Source: Phycisphaerae bacterium (lineage in GTDB: Bacteria; Planctomycetota; Phycisphaerae; UBA1845). Taken from it: 64,000 nt of DNA. Shown here one piece after another: positions 56,298 through 64,000 of this stretch (position 1 is the first letter of the stretch; every line of letters starts with the position of its first letter). Made by a program: the position numbers and the translations under genes. The DNA lies in assembly GCA_029260055.1 (NCBI GenBank), contig JAJDDX010000382.1, positions 2,562-66,561 on the forward strand, given 5' to 3'. The notes beneath the pieces were generated by a model. The model made no database searches. It had not been told where the DNA came from and worked only from the letters and a program-made list of their open reading frames with translations.

Positions 56298-56732
56298 ATG
56301 CCGCGCGATCCTGACTGCATCTTCTGCAAGATCACCGCCGGGGATATCCCCTCCCACACGGTGTACGAAGATGAGGACGTCTTCGCGTTCCTCGACATCG
56401 GGCCCCTCGCCGAGGGGCATGTGCTGATCATCCCACGCGACCACCACAGTGAGTTGGCGGCGATGCCGGCGGAACTCTGCGCCAAGATAGCTTCACTTCT
56501 GCCCAGGCTGGGCCGCGCGGCGCTGGGCGTGACGGGCGCGGAAGGCTTCAACGTATTGGTCAACAACGGTGCCGCCGCAGGCCAAGTAGTCGGACACGTA
56601 CATTGGCACCTGATCCCGCGGCAAACCCGCGACGGCCTGGGCTACCGGTGGAACGCCGGCGAGTACGCGGAGGGGCGAGCTGCTCAGGTCGCGGATGCCT
56701 ACAAAGCGGCCCTGGCCTCCGCCGGACGCTGA
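56298..56732 (+). CDS. HIT-family (HinT-like) nucleotide hydrolase
   Basis: Histidine-triad motif GHVHWHLIP. AGGAGG lies 6 nt upstream of the ATG at 56298. Confidence 0.88.
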   Translation: MPRDPDCIFCKITAGDIPSHTVYEDEDVFAFLDIGPLAEGHVLIIPRDHHSELAAMPAELCAKIASLLPRLGRAALGVTGAEGFNVLVNNGAAAGQVVGHVHWHLIPRQTRDGLGYRWNAGEYAEGRAAQVADAYKAALASAGR

Positions 56733-56766
56733 CGCGGATCACTGCACGCTCTGTACCTACTGCCTT

Positions 56767-57189
56767 CTACTCACCCATAACCTGGACGATGATGCTGCGG
56801 GTGCGCGGCCGCGTGTCGAAGTCGATCAGGATGATCTGCTGCCACGTGCCGAGCGGCATTCGCTTGTCGACAAGCGGGACGGTCAGGCTGGGGCCCAGCA
56901 GCGACGCCCGTACGTGCGAATGGCCGTTGTCGTCGTGCCAGGTTTCCTCGTGCAGATAGCGCCCGGCCTCCGGTGCGATCCCCTCGAAGGCGGCGGATAG
57001 GTCGTGGTTGACCAGGCCCGGTTCGAACTCGGTCGTGGTGATGCCCGCCGTCGAGCCGACGACGAAGACGGTGACGGTGCCGCTGCTGATCCGGCCTGAG
57101 TCGAGGCAGGAGCCGACCTGTTCGGTGATGTTGAGCACCTGGCAGTTGCCGCGCGTCTCGATCTCGAATTGATGGGTCTCGGTGGCCAT
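56767..57189 (-). CDS. YjbQ/UPF0047-family protein (secondary thiamine-phosphate synthase-like)
   Basis: 140 aa. TVFVVGSTAGITTTE...DDNGHSHVRASLLGPS...LGTWQQIILIDFD is typical of the family. I placed the start at the ATG at 57189; the rest of the longer ORF is spurious. Confidence 0.8.
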   Translation of the reverse strand: MATETHQFEIETRGNCQVLNITEQVGSCLDSGRISSGTVTVFVVGSTAGITTTEFEPGLVNHDLSAAFEGIAPEAGRYLHEETWHDDNGHSHVRASLLGPSLTVPLVDKRMPLGTWQQIILIDFDTRPRTRSIIVQVMGE

Positions 57190-57277
57190 AGCGGGGAGTG
57201 TATCGCGGCCTGCGGCAGGCTGCCATTCGCGCCGCCCCCTTACGTATTTCGCTCGTCGAGCGTAGCATGGTGGCATC

Positions 57278-58429
57278 ATGGCTACACTCGAATACAGGAC
57301 AGCCGGGGAGTCGCACGGCAAGTCTCTGATCGCCCTGGTGGAAGGTATGCCGGCCGGTGTTGCCGTTGATGCGGATCTGATCGACGCGGAACTCGCGCGC
57401 CGGCAGGGGGGGTACGGCCGCGGCGGGCGCATGAAGATCGAGAAGGACGCCGTCACGTTCCTTTCCGGGCTGCGGAATGGCGTGACGATCGGTTCGCCGA
57501 TCGCCATGCAGATCGACAACCGCGATCATCGCATTGACGAAGCACCGCCCGTGACGCGCCCGCGGCCCGGCCACGCCGACCTGGCTGGTAGCCTGAAACA
57601 CGTCACCACGGATTGCCGCGAGACGCTGGAACGGGCCTCGGCACGCGAGACGGCTGCCAGGGTCGCGGCCGGGGCGCTCACGCGGAGCCTGCTCGGTGGA
57701 TTCGGGATCGAGGTGGTCGGTTACGTCGTGCGCATTCTGGATGTCGCCGGTGAGGCGCCGGCGGGGGGCACGGTCGACGAAATCCGCGCGGCCCGTGATG
57801 CCAACGAGGCCTACTGCTGCGATGCGGCTGCGGCCAAGGGCATGATCGCCGCGATCAAGAAGGCCAAGACGGACAAGGACACGCTCGGCGGAGTCGTCGA
57901 GGTTCAGGTCCGCGGGCTGCCGCCGGGATTGGGAAGCTGCATGCGGTGGCAGGACAAGCTGGACGGGCGGCTCATGCAGGCCGTCGGGTCGATCCAGGCG
58001 TTCAAGGGCGTCGAGATCGGCCTCGGTTTCGGTGCGGCCTCACGCCCGGGTAGCGCGGTCCACGACGAGATAGACTTTGATCCGTCGCAACGCGACGCGC
58101 CGTCGCTCGGCTTCACGCGGCGGTCCAACAATACCGGCGGGCTCGAAGGCGGCATGACCAACGGTGAGCCGATCGTGCTGCGTGCCGCCATGAAGCCGAT
58201 CAGCACGCTTCTACAAGGCCTGGATAGCGTGAACCTCGCCACCAAGCAGCCTGAGCGCTCGGACTACGAGCGGAGCGACGTGTGTGCCGTGCCGGCTGCC
58301 AGCGTCGTGGCGGAAAACGTGGTCGCGTTCGAGATCGCCCGCGAATTTGTCGCCAAGTTCGGCGGCGATACGCTGACCGAGGTGCGGGCTGCGTACGATT
58401 CATACCTGAGCGCCGCGCGGCAGCTCTAG
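57278..58429 (+). CDS. aroC: Chorismate synthase
   Basis: AGESHGKSL, RRQGGYGRGGRM and RPGHADL motifs. 383 aa. Confidence 0.95.
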   Translation: MATLEYRTAGESHGKSLIALVEGMPAGVAVDADLIDAELARRQGGYGRGGRMKIEKDAVTFLSGLRNGVTIGSPIAMQIDNRDHRIDEAPPVTRPRPGHADLAGSLKHVTTDCRETLERASARETAARVAAGALTRSLLGGFGIEVVGYVVRILDVAGEAPAGGTVDEIRAARDANEAYCCDAAAAKGMIAAIKKAKTDKDTLGGVVEVQVRGLPPGLGSCMRWQDKLDGRLMQAVGSIQAFKGVEIGLGFGAASRPGSAVHDEIDFDPSQRDAPSLGFTRRSNNTGGLEGGMTNGEPIVLRAAMKPISTLLQGLDSVNLATKQPERSDYERSDVCAVPAASVVAENVVAFEIAREFVAKFGGDTLTEVRAAYDSYLSAARQL

Positions 58430-58476
58430 AGCCGTGCTACCGTTAGATCGATGGGCCCCCGGGGATCCGACGCACC

Positions 58477-58508
58477 GGGTGGCATGGGCAAGCGACAGCT
58501 TGCCCGTG
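58477..58508 (+). repeat. GGGTGG-headed hairpin, type A (solo copy)
   Basis: GGGTGGCATGGGCAAGC-GACA-GCTTGCCCGTG. It is the same element as the units in the 6045-6302 array. Confidence 0.85.
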
Positions 58509-58525
58509 TCGTTCGATCGGCGTCC

Positions 58526-58552
58526 GGGTGGCCCACCTCCTCTGGAGGTGGG
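58526..58552 (+). repeat. GGGTGG-headed hairpin, type D
   Basis: GGGTGG followed by CCCACCTCC-TCT-GGAGGTGGG, a perfect 9-bp stem. Confidence 0.7.
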
Positions 58553-58620
58553 GAAGACGATGAGCGCCAGCCGCTGGCGACGGCAGGAGGACGGGCTGTC
58601 GAACGCCCGTCATCGCCTCC

Positions 58621-58647
58621 CCCATGTCCAAAGGACATGGGCCACCC
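58621..58647 (-). repeat. GGGTGG-headed hairpin, type E (inverted orientation)
   Basis: The plus strand reads CCCATGTCC-AAA-GGACATGGG-CCACCC. On the minus strand this is GGGTGG followed by a perfect 9-bp hairpin. Confidence 0.7.
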
Positions 58648-58718
58648 CTCGAAGGTCGTTTGGCAAACCGACGTTCGCCGGGGATAATGGCATCCTGATC
58701 GGGCGACGCCCGGTGAAA

Positions 58719-58802
58719 GCGGTTGTGGCGGAATTGGCAGACGCGCTAGATTTAGGATCTAGTTCCCGAAAGGGAGTGGAGGTTCGAGTCCTCTCAGCCG
58801 CA
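58719..58802 (+). tRNA. tRNA-Leu (anticodon UAG)
   Basis: Acceptor GCGGTTG/CAGCCGC (one G-U pair), anticodon stem CTAGA/TCTAG, loop TTTAGGA, a long variable arm, and T-loop TTCGAGT. Confidence 0.88.
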
Positions 58803-58850
58803 TTCGATTGACATTCCCTCTCGCCTCCAGCATCCGAAGGAGCGTACGCG

Positions 58851-60407
58851 ATGAATCGGTTTGACCTGCTGCCTTGTCTTCTCCGTAGGATTGCCCCCTG
58901 TCTTATCGGCTTGGTCCTGCTCGCCTCCACCGGATGCGCGTCACGATGGCCTTCGCCGGTCGAACGGTGTTTGAAGCTCGCCGGCGACAACCGTCCGCAA
59001 CTGGAGAAGGTACTGGAGCACTACGACGAACTCGGCGACGACCAGAAGCTCGAAGCGGCGCAGTTCCTCATCGCGAACATGGAAGGCCACGGATACAAAG
59101 TCGCGGCCCTTTACGACGAGGAGAAGAACGAGGTCCCGTTCGACGCGCTGGACTACAAGAGTCTGAAGGAGGCCGAGGCCGCCCTCGATAAGCTGGAGGC
59201 CGAGCACGGCACGCTCGACTTTGGCCGCAAGGAGTTCGTCCCCGACCTCGAGGCGATTCCGGCGGACTTCCTGATCGAGAACATCGATCTTGCGTTTGCG
59301 GCTTGGCGCGAAAGGCCTTGGGCGGCGGAGCTCTCTTTCGATACCTTCTGCGACTATCTGCTTCCCTATCGCGGCAGCAACGAGCCGCTCGAGCCGTGGC
59401 GTAGGAGCTGTATGGATCGTATTGCTCCGGCGCTATCAAAGCTTGACGCGTCGGCCGACATCAAGGCGGCTGCCAAGGTGGTCGGAGCGGAGGCGGGTAA
59501 GTGGGTACGCTTCTACGATCTGTACTACCTGCATCCGACCGATCAGGGCTACGCGGAGATGAACGAGACGCGTTACGGCCGCTGCGAGGACATTTCGAAC
59601 ATGATGGGCTACGCCTTTCGTGCCAACGCGGTCGTCTCGGTCAGTGACTACACGCCCTACTGGGCGGATCGTGACAACAACCACGCGTGGGAGGTGCTGC
59701 TGGACGCGGAGGGCCACGGGCGGGCCGGTCTGTCGAACCGCGCGGCGAAGATCTACCGCAAGATGTTCTCGGTGCAGCCTGCCGCGCTGGGGGCGATCAA
59801 AGGGGATGATGAGGAGGCGCCGCGCTGGCTGGCCGGCAAGACCTACAAGGACGTGACGACCGACTACATGGAGACGACGGACGTGACGGTTCGGCTGACG
59901 ACCGAGCAGCCGGCCGGGGCTCGTTTCGCCTACATCTGTGTCTTCAATGGTGGCGAGTGGCAGGCTATTCACTGGGGTTGGATCGAGGAGGGCCGGGTCA
60001 CATTCACGAAGATGGGGCGGGACATCGCGTACCTGCCGGCCTACTACGTGGACAAGGAGCTCATCCCGGCGGCTGATCCGTTCATTTTGTCGAAAGAGGG
60101 CGAGATCGTGCGGCTGAATGGGGCGGGGGATGAGAGCACGCGGATCGAGATGGCAGCGACGCGGCCGGAGACGCCGGACGCGGACAAGGGCATTTCGTTC
60201 CCGACGATCGTGGTGAAGCCGGGAGCGACGTATGAACTGTCCGTATGGGACGGCGGCTGGCTCTCGTTGGGCAAGGAGGTCGCGGGCGACAAGCCGGTGT
60301 CGTTCGGTTCGGTGCCGACGGGGCGATTGTATTGGTTGGTCGAGGAGGGTTCCCGCCGGTTGGAGCGGATCTTTACGGTAGAGGACGGGAAGCAGATCTT
60401 CTGGTAG
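58851..60407 (+). CDS. Transglutaminase-like cysteine peptidase-fold lipoprotein
   Basis: Lipobox LLASTGC. Core Cys/His context YGRCEDISNMMGYAFRANAV...NNHAWEVLLD. 518 aa. Confidence 0.6.
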   Translation: MNRFDLLPCLLRRIAPCLIGLVLLASTGCASRWPSPVERCLKLAGDNRPQLEKVLEHYDELGDDQKLEAAQFLIANMEGHGYKVAALYDEEKNEVPFDALDYKSLKEAEAALDKLEAEHGTLDFGRKEFVPDLEAIPADFLIENIDLAFAAWRERPWAAELSFDTFCDYLLPYRGSNEPLEPWRRSCMDRIAPALSKLDASADIKAAAKVVGAEAGKWVRFYDLYYLHPTDQGYAEMNETRYGRCEDISNMMGYAFRANAVVSVSDYTPYWADRDNNHAWEVLLDAEGHGRAGLSNRAAKIYRKMFSVQPAALGAIKGDDEEAPRWLAGKTYKDVTTDYMETTDVTVRLTTEQPAGARFAYICVFNGGEWQAIHWGWIEEGRVTFTKMGRDIAYLPAYYVDKELIPAADPFILSKEGEIVRLNGAGDESTRIEMAATRPETPDADKGISFPTIVVKPGATYELSVWDGGWLSLGKEVAGDKPVSFGSVPTGRLYWLVEEGSRRLERIFTVEDGKQIFW

Positions 60408-60481
60408 GGGGCGGGCTGATTGAAAGCGGCCTTGCCTTTCTGCTAGCATGGCGCTTGGCCGAAGGGGGCAATCTGAGCGGA

Positions 60482-62116
60482 ATGACGATGGGGCTTGGCT
60501 TGATTCACGACAGACGGAAACCCCGACGCGCGCTTACGGCACGAACCACCCCCCTCTTTCCCCCCTCGGTGAGGGGGGACGGCGCGAACGCGAACCTTCC
60601 GCCCCGGGGGCGACGAGGACCGCGAGCGGTTGCGGTTCTGATCACATTCGTGACTGCCGCGGCCGCGCTTTTCGGCACAGCCCACGCTGATCCACCGGCG
60701 GGGTACTACGACACCGTTGACGCTACCGACGCCGCTACGCTTCGGGCGACGCTACACGAGGTCATCGATGACCACACGCGGTTCCCCTACTCCTCCGGTT
60801 CGACCGATACGTGGGACGTGCTCGAAGCGGCTCAGGAGGACCCGGGCAACCCTGCCAACGTCATCGACGTGTACGGCAACAAGAGCATCGCGAAGTTCGG
60901 CGGCGGCAATGGGCCGTACAACCGCGAGCACAGTTGGCCCAAGTCGTACGGCTTCCCAGACGACCTGGTGAGCAACTACCCCTACACCGACTGCCACCAC
61001 CTCTTCCTTTGCGATACCGGCTACAACTCGGATCGCGGTAACAAGCCGTTCCGTATCTGCGATGCCGCCTGTACCGAGCGGCCAACCGACGCCAATAACG
61101 GCCAAGGCGGCGGTAGCGGGGTCTATCCCGGAAACTCGAACTGGTTTACCGGCAGCTTCGTCTCCGGCACGTGGGAGACGTGGATCGGCATGCGCGGCGA
61201 CATCGCCCGGGCACAGTTCTACATGGATGTGCGGTACGAGGGCGGCACCCATGGCGTCACCGGCCAGGCCGAGCCGGACCTCGTGCTCACGGACAATCAG
61301 ACGCTGATGGCCGCCGGCCAAACGGGCAACAATGAGCCGCTTGCCTACATGGGCGAGCTGTCGGTCCTGCTGCAATGGCATCTAGACGATCCCGTGGACG
61401 CGTTCGAACGTAACCGTAACGACGTGGTTGGCGGCTATCAGGGCAATCGAAACCCGTTCGTCGATCATCCCGAGTGGGTGGATTGCCTCTTCGGCACGGC
61501 CTGCGAGCCGGGCGGGACCGCGGGGGCCGCCTGGATCAACGAGATTCACTACGACAACACGGGGGCGGACGCGGATGAGGGTGTCGAGATCGCCGGGCCG
61601 GCTGGGCTCAGCCTGACGGGCTGGTCGCTCGTCGGCTACACCGGCAGCAATACGCTTCGATATGACACCGTGCTGCTGTCCGGCGTGCTGCCCGATCAGG
61701 AAAACGGCTTCGGCACGCTCTGGTTTTCGTTTCTCGGCCTGCAAAACGGGTCGCCCGACGGCCTCGCCCTGATCGACGCGGCGGGCGGGGTGGTGGAGTT
61801 TTTGAGCTACGAGGGCTCGTTTACAGCCGGGGACGGGCCTGCGGCCGGGCTTTCGTCCGTCGACATCGGCGTCTCCGAGCCGAACGACACGCCGGTGGAC
61901 ATGTCGTTGCAGTTGCGGGGGGTCGGCAATACCTCGGCCCAGTTCACCTGGACCTCTCCCGGCCCCCATACGCGTGGTGCGGTCAACAGCGATCAGTCGT
62001 TTGTTCCGGATGGGGGGGCGGGGGTCCCCGCGGTCTCCGCGTGGGGCGTGGTGGTGGCGTCGTTGCTGGTTGTGGCTGCCGCGGCGGTCGTATTCCGGCG
62101 CCAGCGCGTCCATTGA
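60482..62116 (+). CDS. Secreted endonuclease I-family nuclease with a lamin-tail-like domain and an IPTL-CTERM-like sorting signal
   Basis: Endonuclease I motifs NREHSWPKS and DCHHLFLCDTGYNSDRGNKPF. LTD-like INEIHYDNTGADADEGVEIAG. C-terminus VPAVSAWGVVVASLLVVAAAAVVFRRQR. I placed the start at the ATG at 60482. Confidence 0.65.
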   Translation: MTMGLGLIHDRRKPRRALTARTTPLFPPSVRGDGANANLPPRGRRGPRAVAVLITFVTAAAALFGTAHADPPAGYYDTVDATDAATLRATLHEVIDDHTRFPYSSGSTDTWDVLEAAQEDPGNPANVIDVYGNKSIAKFGGGNGPYNREHSWPKSYGFPDDLVSNYPYTDCHHLFLCDTGYNSDRGNKPFRICDAACTERPTDANNGQGGGSGVYPGNSNWFTGSFVSGTWETWIGMRGDIARAQFYMDVRYEGGTHGVTGQAEPDLVLTDNQTLMAAGQTGNNEPLAYMGELSVLLQWHLDDPVDAFERNRNDVVGGYQGNRNPFVDHPEWVDCLFGTACEPGGTAGAAWINEIHYDNTGADADEGVEIAGPAGLSLTGWSLVGYTGSNTLRYDTVLLSGVLPDQENGFGTLWFSFLGLQNGSPDGLALIDAAGGVVEFLSYEGSFTAGDGPAAGLSSVDIGVSEPNDTPVDMSLQLRGVGNTSAQFTWTSPGPHTRGAVNSDQSFVPDGGAGVPAVSAWGVVVASLLVVAAAAVVFRRQRVH

Positions 62117-62681
62117 CGAGCCAAGTCTGCCGGCCCCGAGCGAGCCACAAGTCTTTGCTACGACAAGAGTAAGGGCCGATGCTGCCACAATTGCTATCGG
62201 GGCTGCGCGTGGAGACACGCGAAGGCACGTCCGGACCCGCCCGCGACGGAGATTCTCCGGTAAACTCGCCATTTTTTACAGCGCGCGCAGCGAGTTTAGG
62301 CACTTATCTATGTAGCGGCTCCCCGTAAACCGCCTCTCCCAAGGCGGTGCGCAGGCTCCGTGGCTACGTGTCGGGGTCTTGCGCGGGGACCGCTTTTCCG
62401 TTATGCTACCGCTCTTCGCCCCTCTCATGGGGCCGGCCTGATGCCAAGCACGAGATCGGGGCTATTGCCTTGCCTCTGCGAACAGTCACGTCTTGCAGTT
62501 CACCGTTTGACGCAAGTCAGTGTACGTCCCGACACCGCCTCGTGGGCATTGGCTCATGTGCATTCATCGCCATCTGCAACTCACTGACGCGCGGTGGGTA
62601 TGACCGTATGACTTCTTCCCCGAGGCATCGACGATGCCTGAGGGTCTCGCGGAATCAACATCGACTTTGAAAGGAACAACG

Positions 62682-64000
62682 ATGAAAGGCAGGACGATCG
62701 TCGCGTTGGTCGTGCTTCTGTCATTGCCGCTATCCGGCATGACGGCGAGCGCGACAACGCCGAAGAGCATGCTGATTGCGGTACTCAGCGAGGAGATGGA
62801 TTACTCCATGGAGAACCTCGCGATGCCGGACGGCACGAAACCCTATTTCATGTCGTATACGATCACCGACACGGACAGGGTGTCGGTCGGAGCCGAACTC
62901 GGGGCACTGACGGATGAGGACGCGAACCACAACCGCTTGCTTGACGTGGACATTCGCGTGGGGGACTACGCGCTGGACAGCACGCACAAGATTCGCGGCG
63001 GGTTCATGGGGTTCGACCCGTCGGACTTCATGATGCGCCGTGCGACGCCGATCACGCTGTCGGGTGACCCGATCGCGCTGAAGCAGGCCGTCTGGCTCGC
63101 CACCGACCGCAAGTTCAAGGGGGCGGCCAAGAAGTTCCAGCGCGTCCAGACGAACCTCAAGACGAAGGTCGACGAGGAGGACAAGTCGGACGACTTCACG
63201 AAGGAAACGCCGGCCACGTTCGGTGAGCCGGAGGTGAAGTTGGGTATCGACCGCGAGGCGTGGGCCAAGCGTCTTCGCGACGTGTCGAACATGGCCCGCG
63301 ACTTCCCGCTGGTCTACAACTCGGGCGTGTCGCTCTCGGCCAAGGCCCAGAATATCTACTTCGTCAATAACGAGGGCAGCAAGATCCAGCACGGGCAGAA
63401 GTACCTGCGTATCTACATGTCGGCCGCCACGAAGGCCGAGGACGGGATGGAACTGTCGCAGTACCGCACGTTCAGCGCGGCCACCGAAGACGGCCTGCCG
63501 AGCGAGGAGCTACTCAAGAAGGAGTTCCAGAAGGTCATCGATAAGGTGCTGGCCCTGCGCGAGGCTCCGTTGGTCGAGCCCTACAGTGGTCCGGCGATTC
63601 TCATGAACCGCGCGAGTGCCGTCTTCTTCCACGAGATCTTCGGGCACCGCATCGAAGGGCACCGCCAGAAAGACGTCGAAGAGGGGCAGACCTTCACGAA
63701 GAAAGTCGGCAAGGAGATTCTCCCGACCTTCATCAGCGTACTCGACGACCCGACCTTGCCGAAGTTCGGCGACATCGACCTTCGCGGCTACTACAAGTTT
63801 GACGACGAGGGCGTGCCGGCAGAGAAGGTCACTCTGGTGGACAACGGCGTCCTCAAGACATTCTTGATGTCACGGTCGCCGGTGCAGGATTTCAAGAATT
63901 CGAACGGTCACGGCCGGCGCTCTCCGGGAAGCAAGATCGTCAGCCGGATGGGGAACACCATCATCAAGTCCACGAAGACGACGAGCTTCGAGAACTTGCG
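62682..64000 (+). CDS. TldD/PmbA-family metallopeptidase with a signal peptide (partial, runs off the window end)
   Basis: MKGRTIVALVVLLSLPLSGMTASA signal sequence. FFHEIFGHRIEGHRQ matches the TldD HExxGHxxE region. The frame stays open to nt 64000. It is absent from the ORF track because no stop codon is reached. Confidence 0.7.
   Translation, partial: MKGRTIVALVVLLSLPLSGMTASATTPKSMLIAVLSEEMDYSMENLAMPDGTKPYFMSYTITDTDRVSVGAELGALTDEDANHNRLLDVDIRVGDYALDSTHKIRGGFMGFDPSDFMMRRATPITLSGDPIALKQAVWLATDRKFKGAAKKFQRVQTNLKTKVDEEDKSDDFTKETPATFGEPEVKLGIDREAWAKRLRDVSNMARDFPLVYNSGVSLSAKAQNIYFVNNEGSKIQHGQKYLRIYMSAATKAEDGMELSQYRTFSAATEDGLPSEELLKKEFQKVIDKVLALREAPLVEPYSGPAILMNRASAVFFHEIFGHRIEGHRQKDVEEGQTFTKKVGKEILPTFISVLDDPTLPKFGDIDLRGYYKFDDEGVPAEKVTLVDNGVLKTFLMSRSPVQDFKNSNGHGRRSPGSKIVSRMGNTIIKSTKTTSFENL

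Noticed and set aside
62117-62681. Checked this spacer, and those at 1003-1698 and 20066-20744, by eye for tmRNA, RNase P RNA, SRP RNA or 6S RNA signatures.
   Set aside because: I saw no tRNA-like acceptor/T-arm end, no SRP helix-8 motif and no RNase P conserved blocks. A covariance-model scan would be needed for a definitive answer.

Overview
This is a high-GC (about 63-68%) bacterial chromosome segment. From gene content and protein style I infer it is Planctomycetota-like, but that is inference only. Positions 1-20 kb are an accessory or envelope region. It holds a surface-glycan cluster (wecB, ugd, an SDR epimerase, a GNAT, an AsnB-type amidotransferase and a WecA-type transferase), a GT-C membrane protein, HAD and HtrA genes, a UGA-interrupted ArsC-like gene, a low-GC fic gene, and an exosortase locus with cognate C-terminal-sorting-signal proteins. 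Positions 20.7-56.2 kb are the classical translation and transcription supercluster: tRNA-Thr, tuf, rpmG, tRNA-Trp, secE, nusG, rplKAJL, rpoBC, rpsL, rpsG, fusA, then the S10, spc and alpha operons. Three genes are inserted into that block. A GNAT-like gene sits between rpoB and rpoC. A bioY-like gene sits between rpsL and rpsG. A roughly 0.9 kb cassette at about 50% GC sits at the fusA 3' end, bracketed by two diverged copies of the fusA terminus. That cassette encodes an overlapping pair: a small protein and a retropepsin-like aspartic protease. I rate this cassette the best candidate for an undescribed system. Other notable items are a probable selenocysteine (UxxC) ArsC-family gene with a SECIS-like hairpin, a family of GGGTGG-headed palindromic repeats that includes a tandem array, and twin operator palindromes over the fic promoter. 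All calls rest on reading the sequence and translations by eye. No database search was run.
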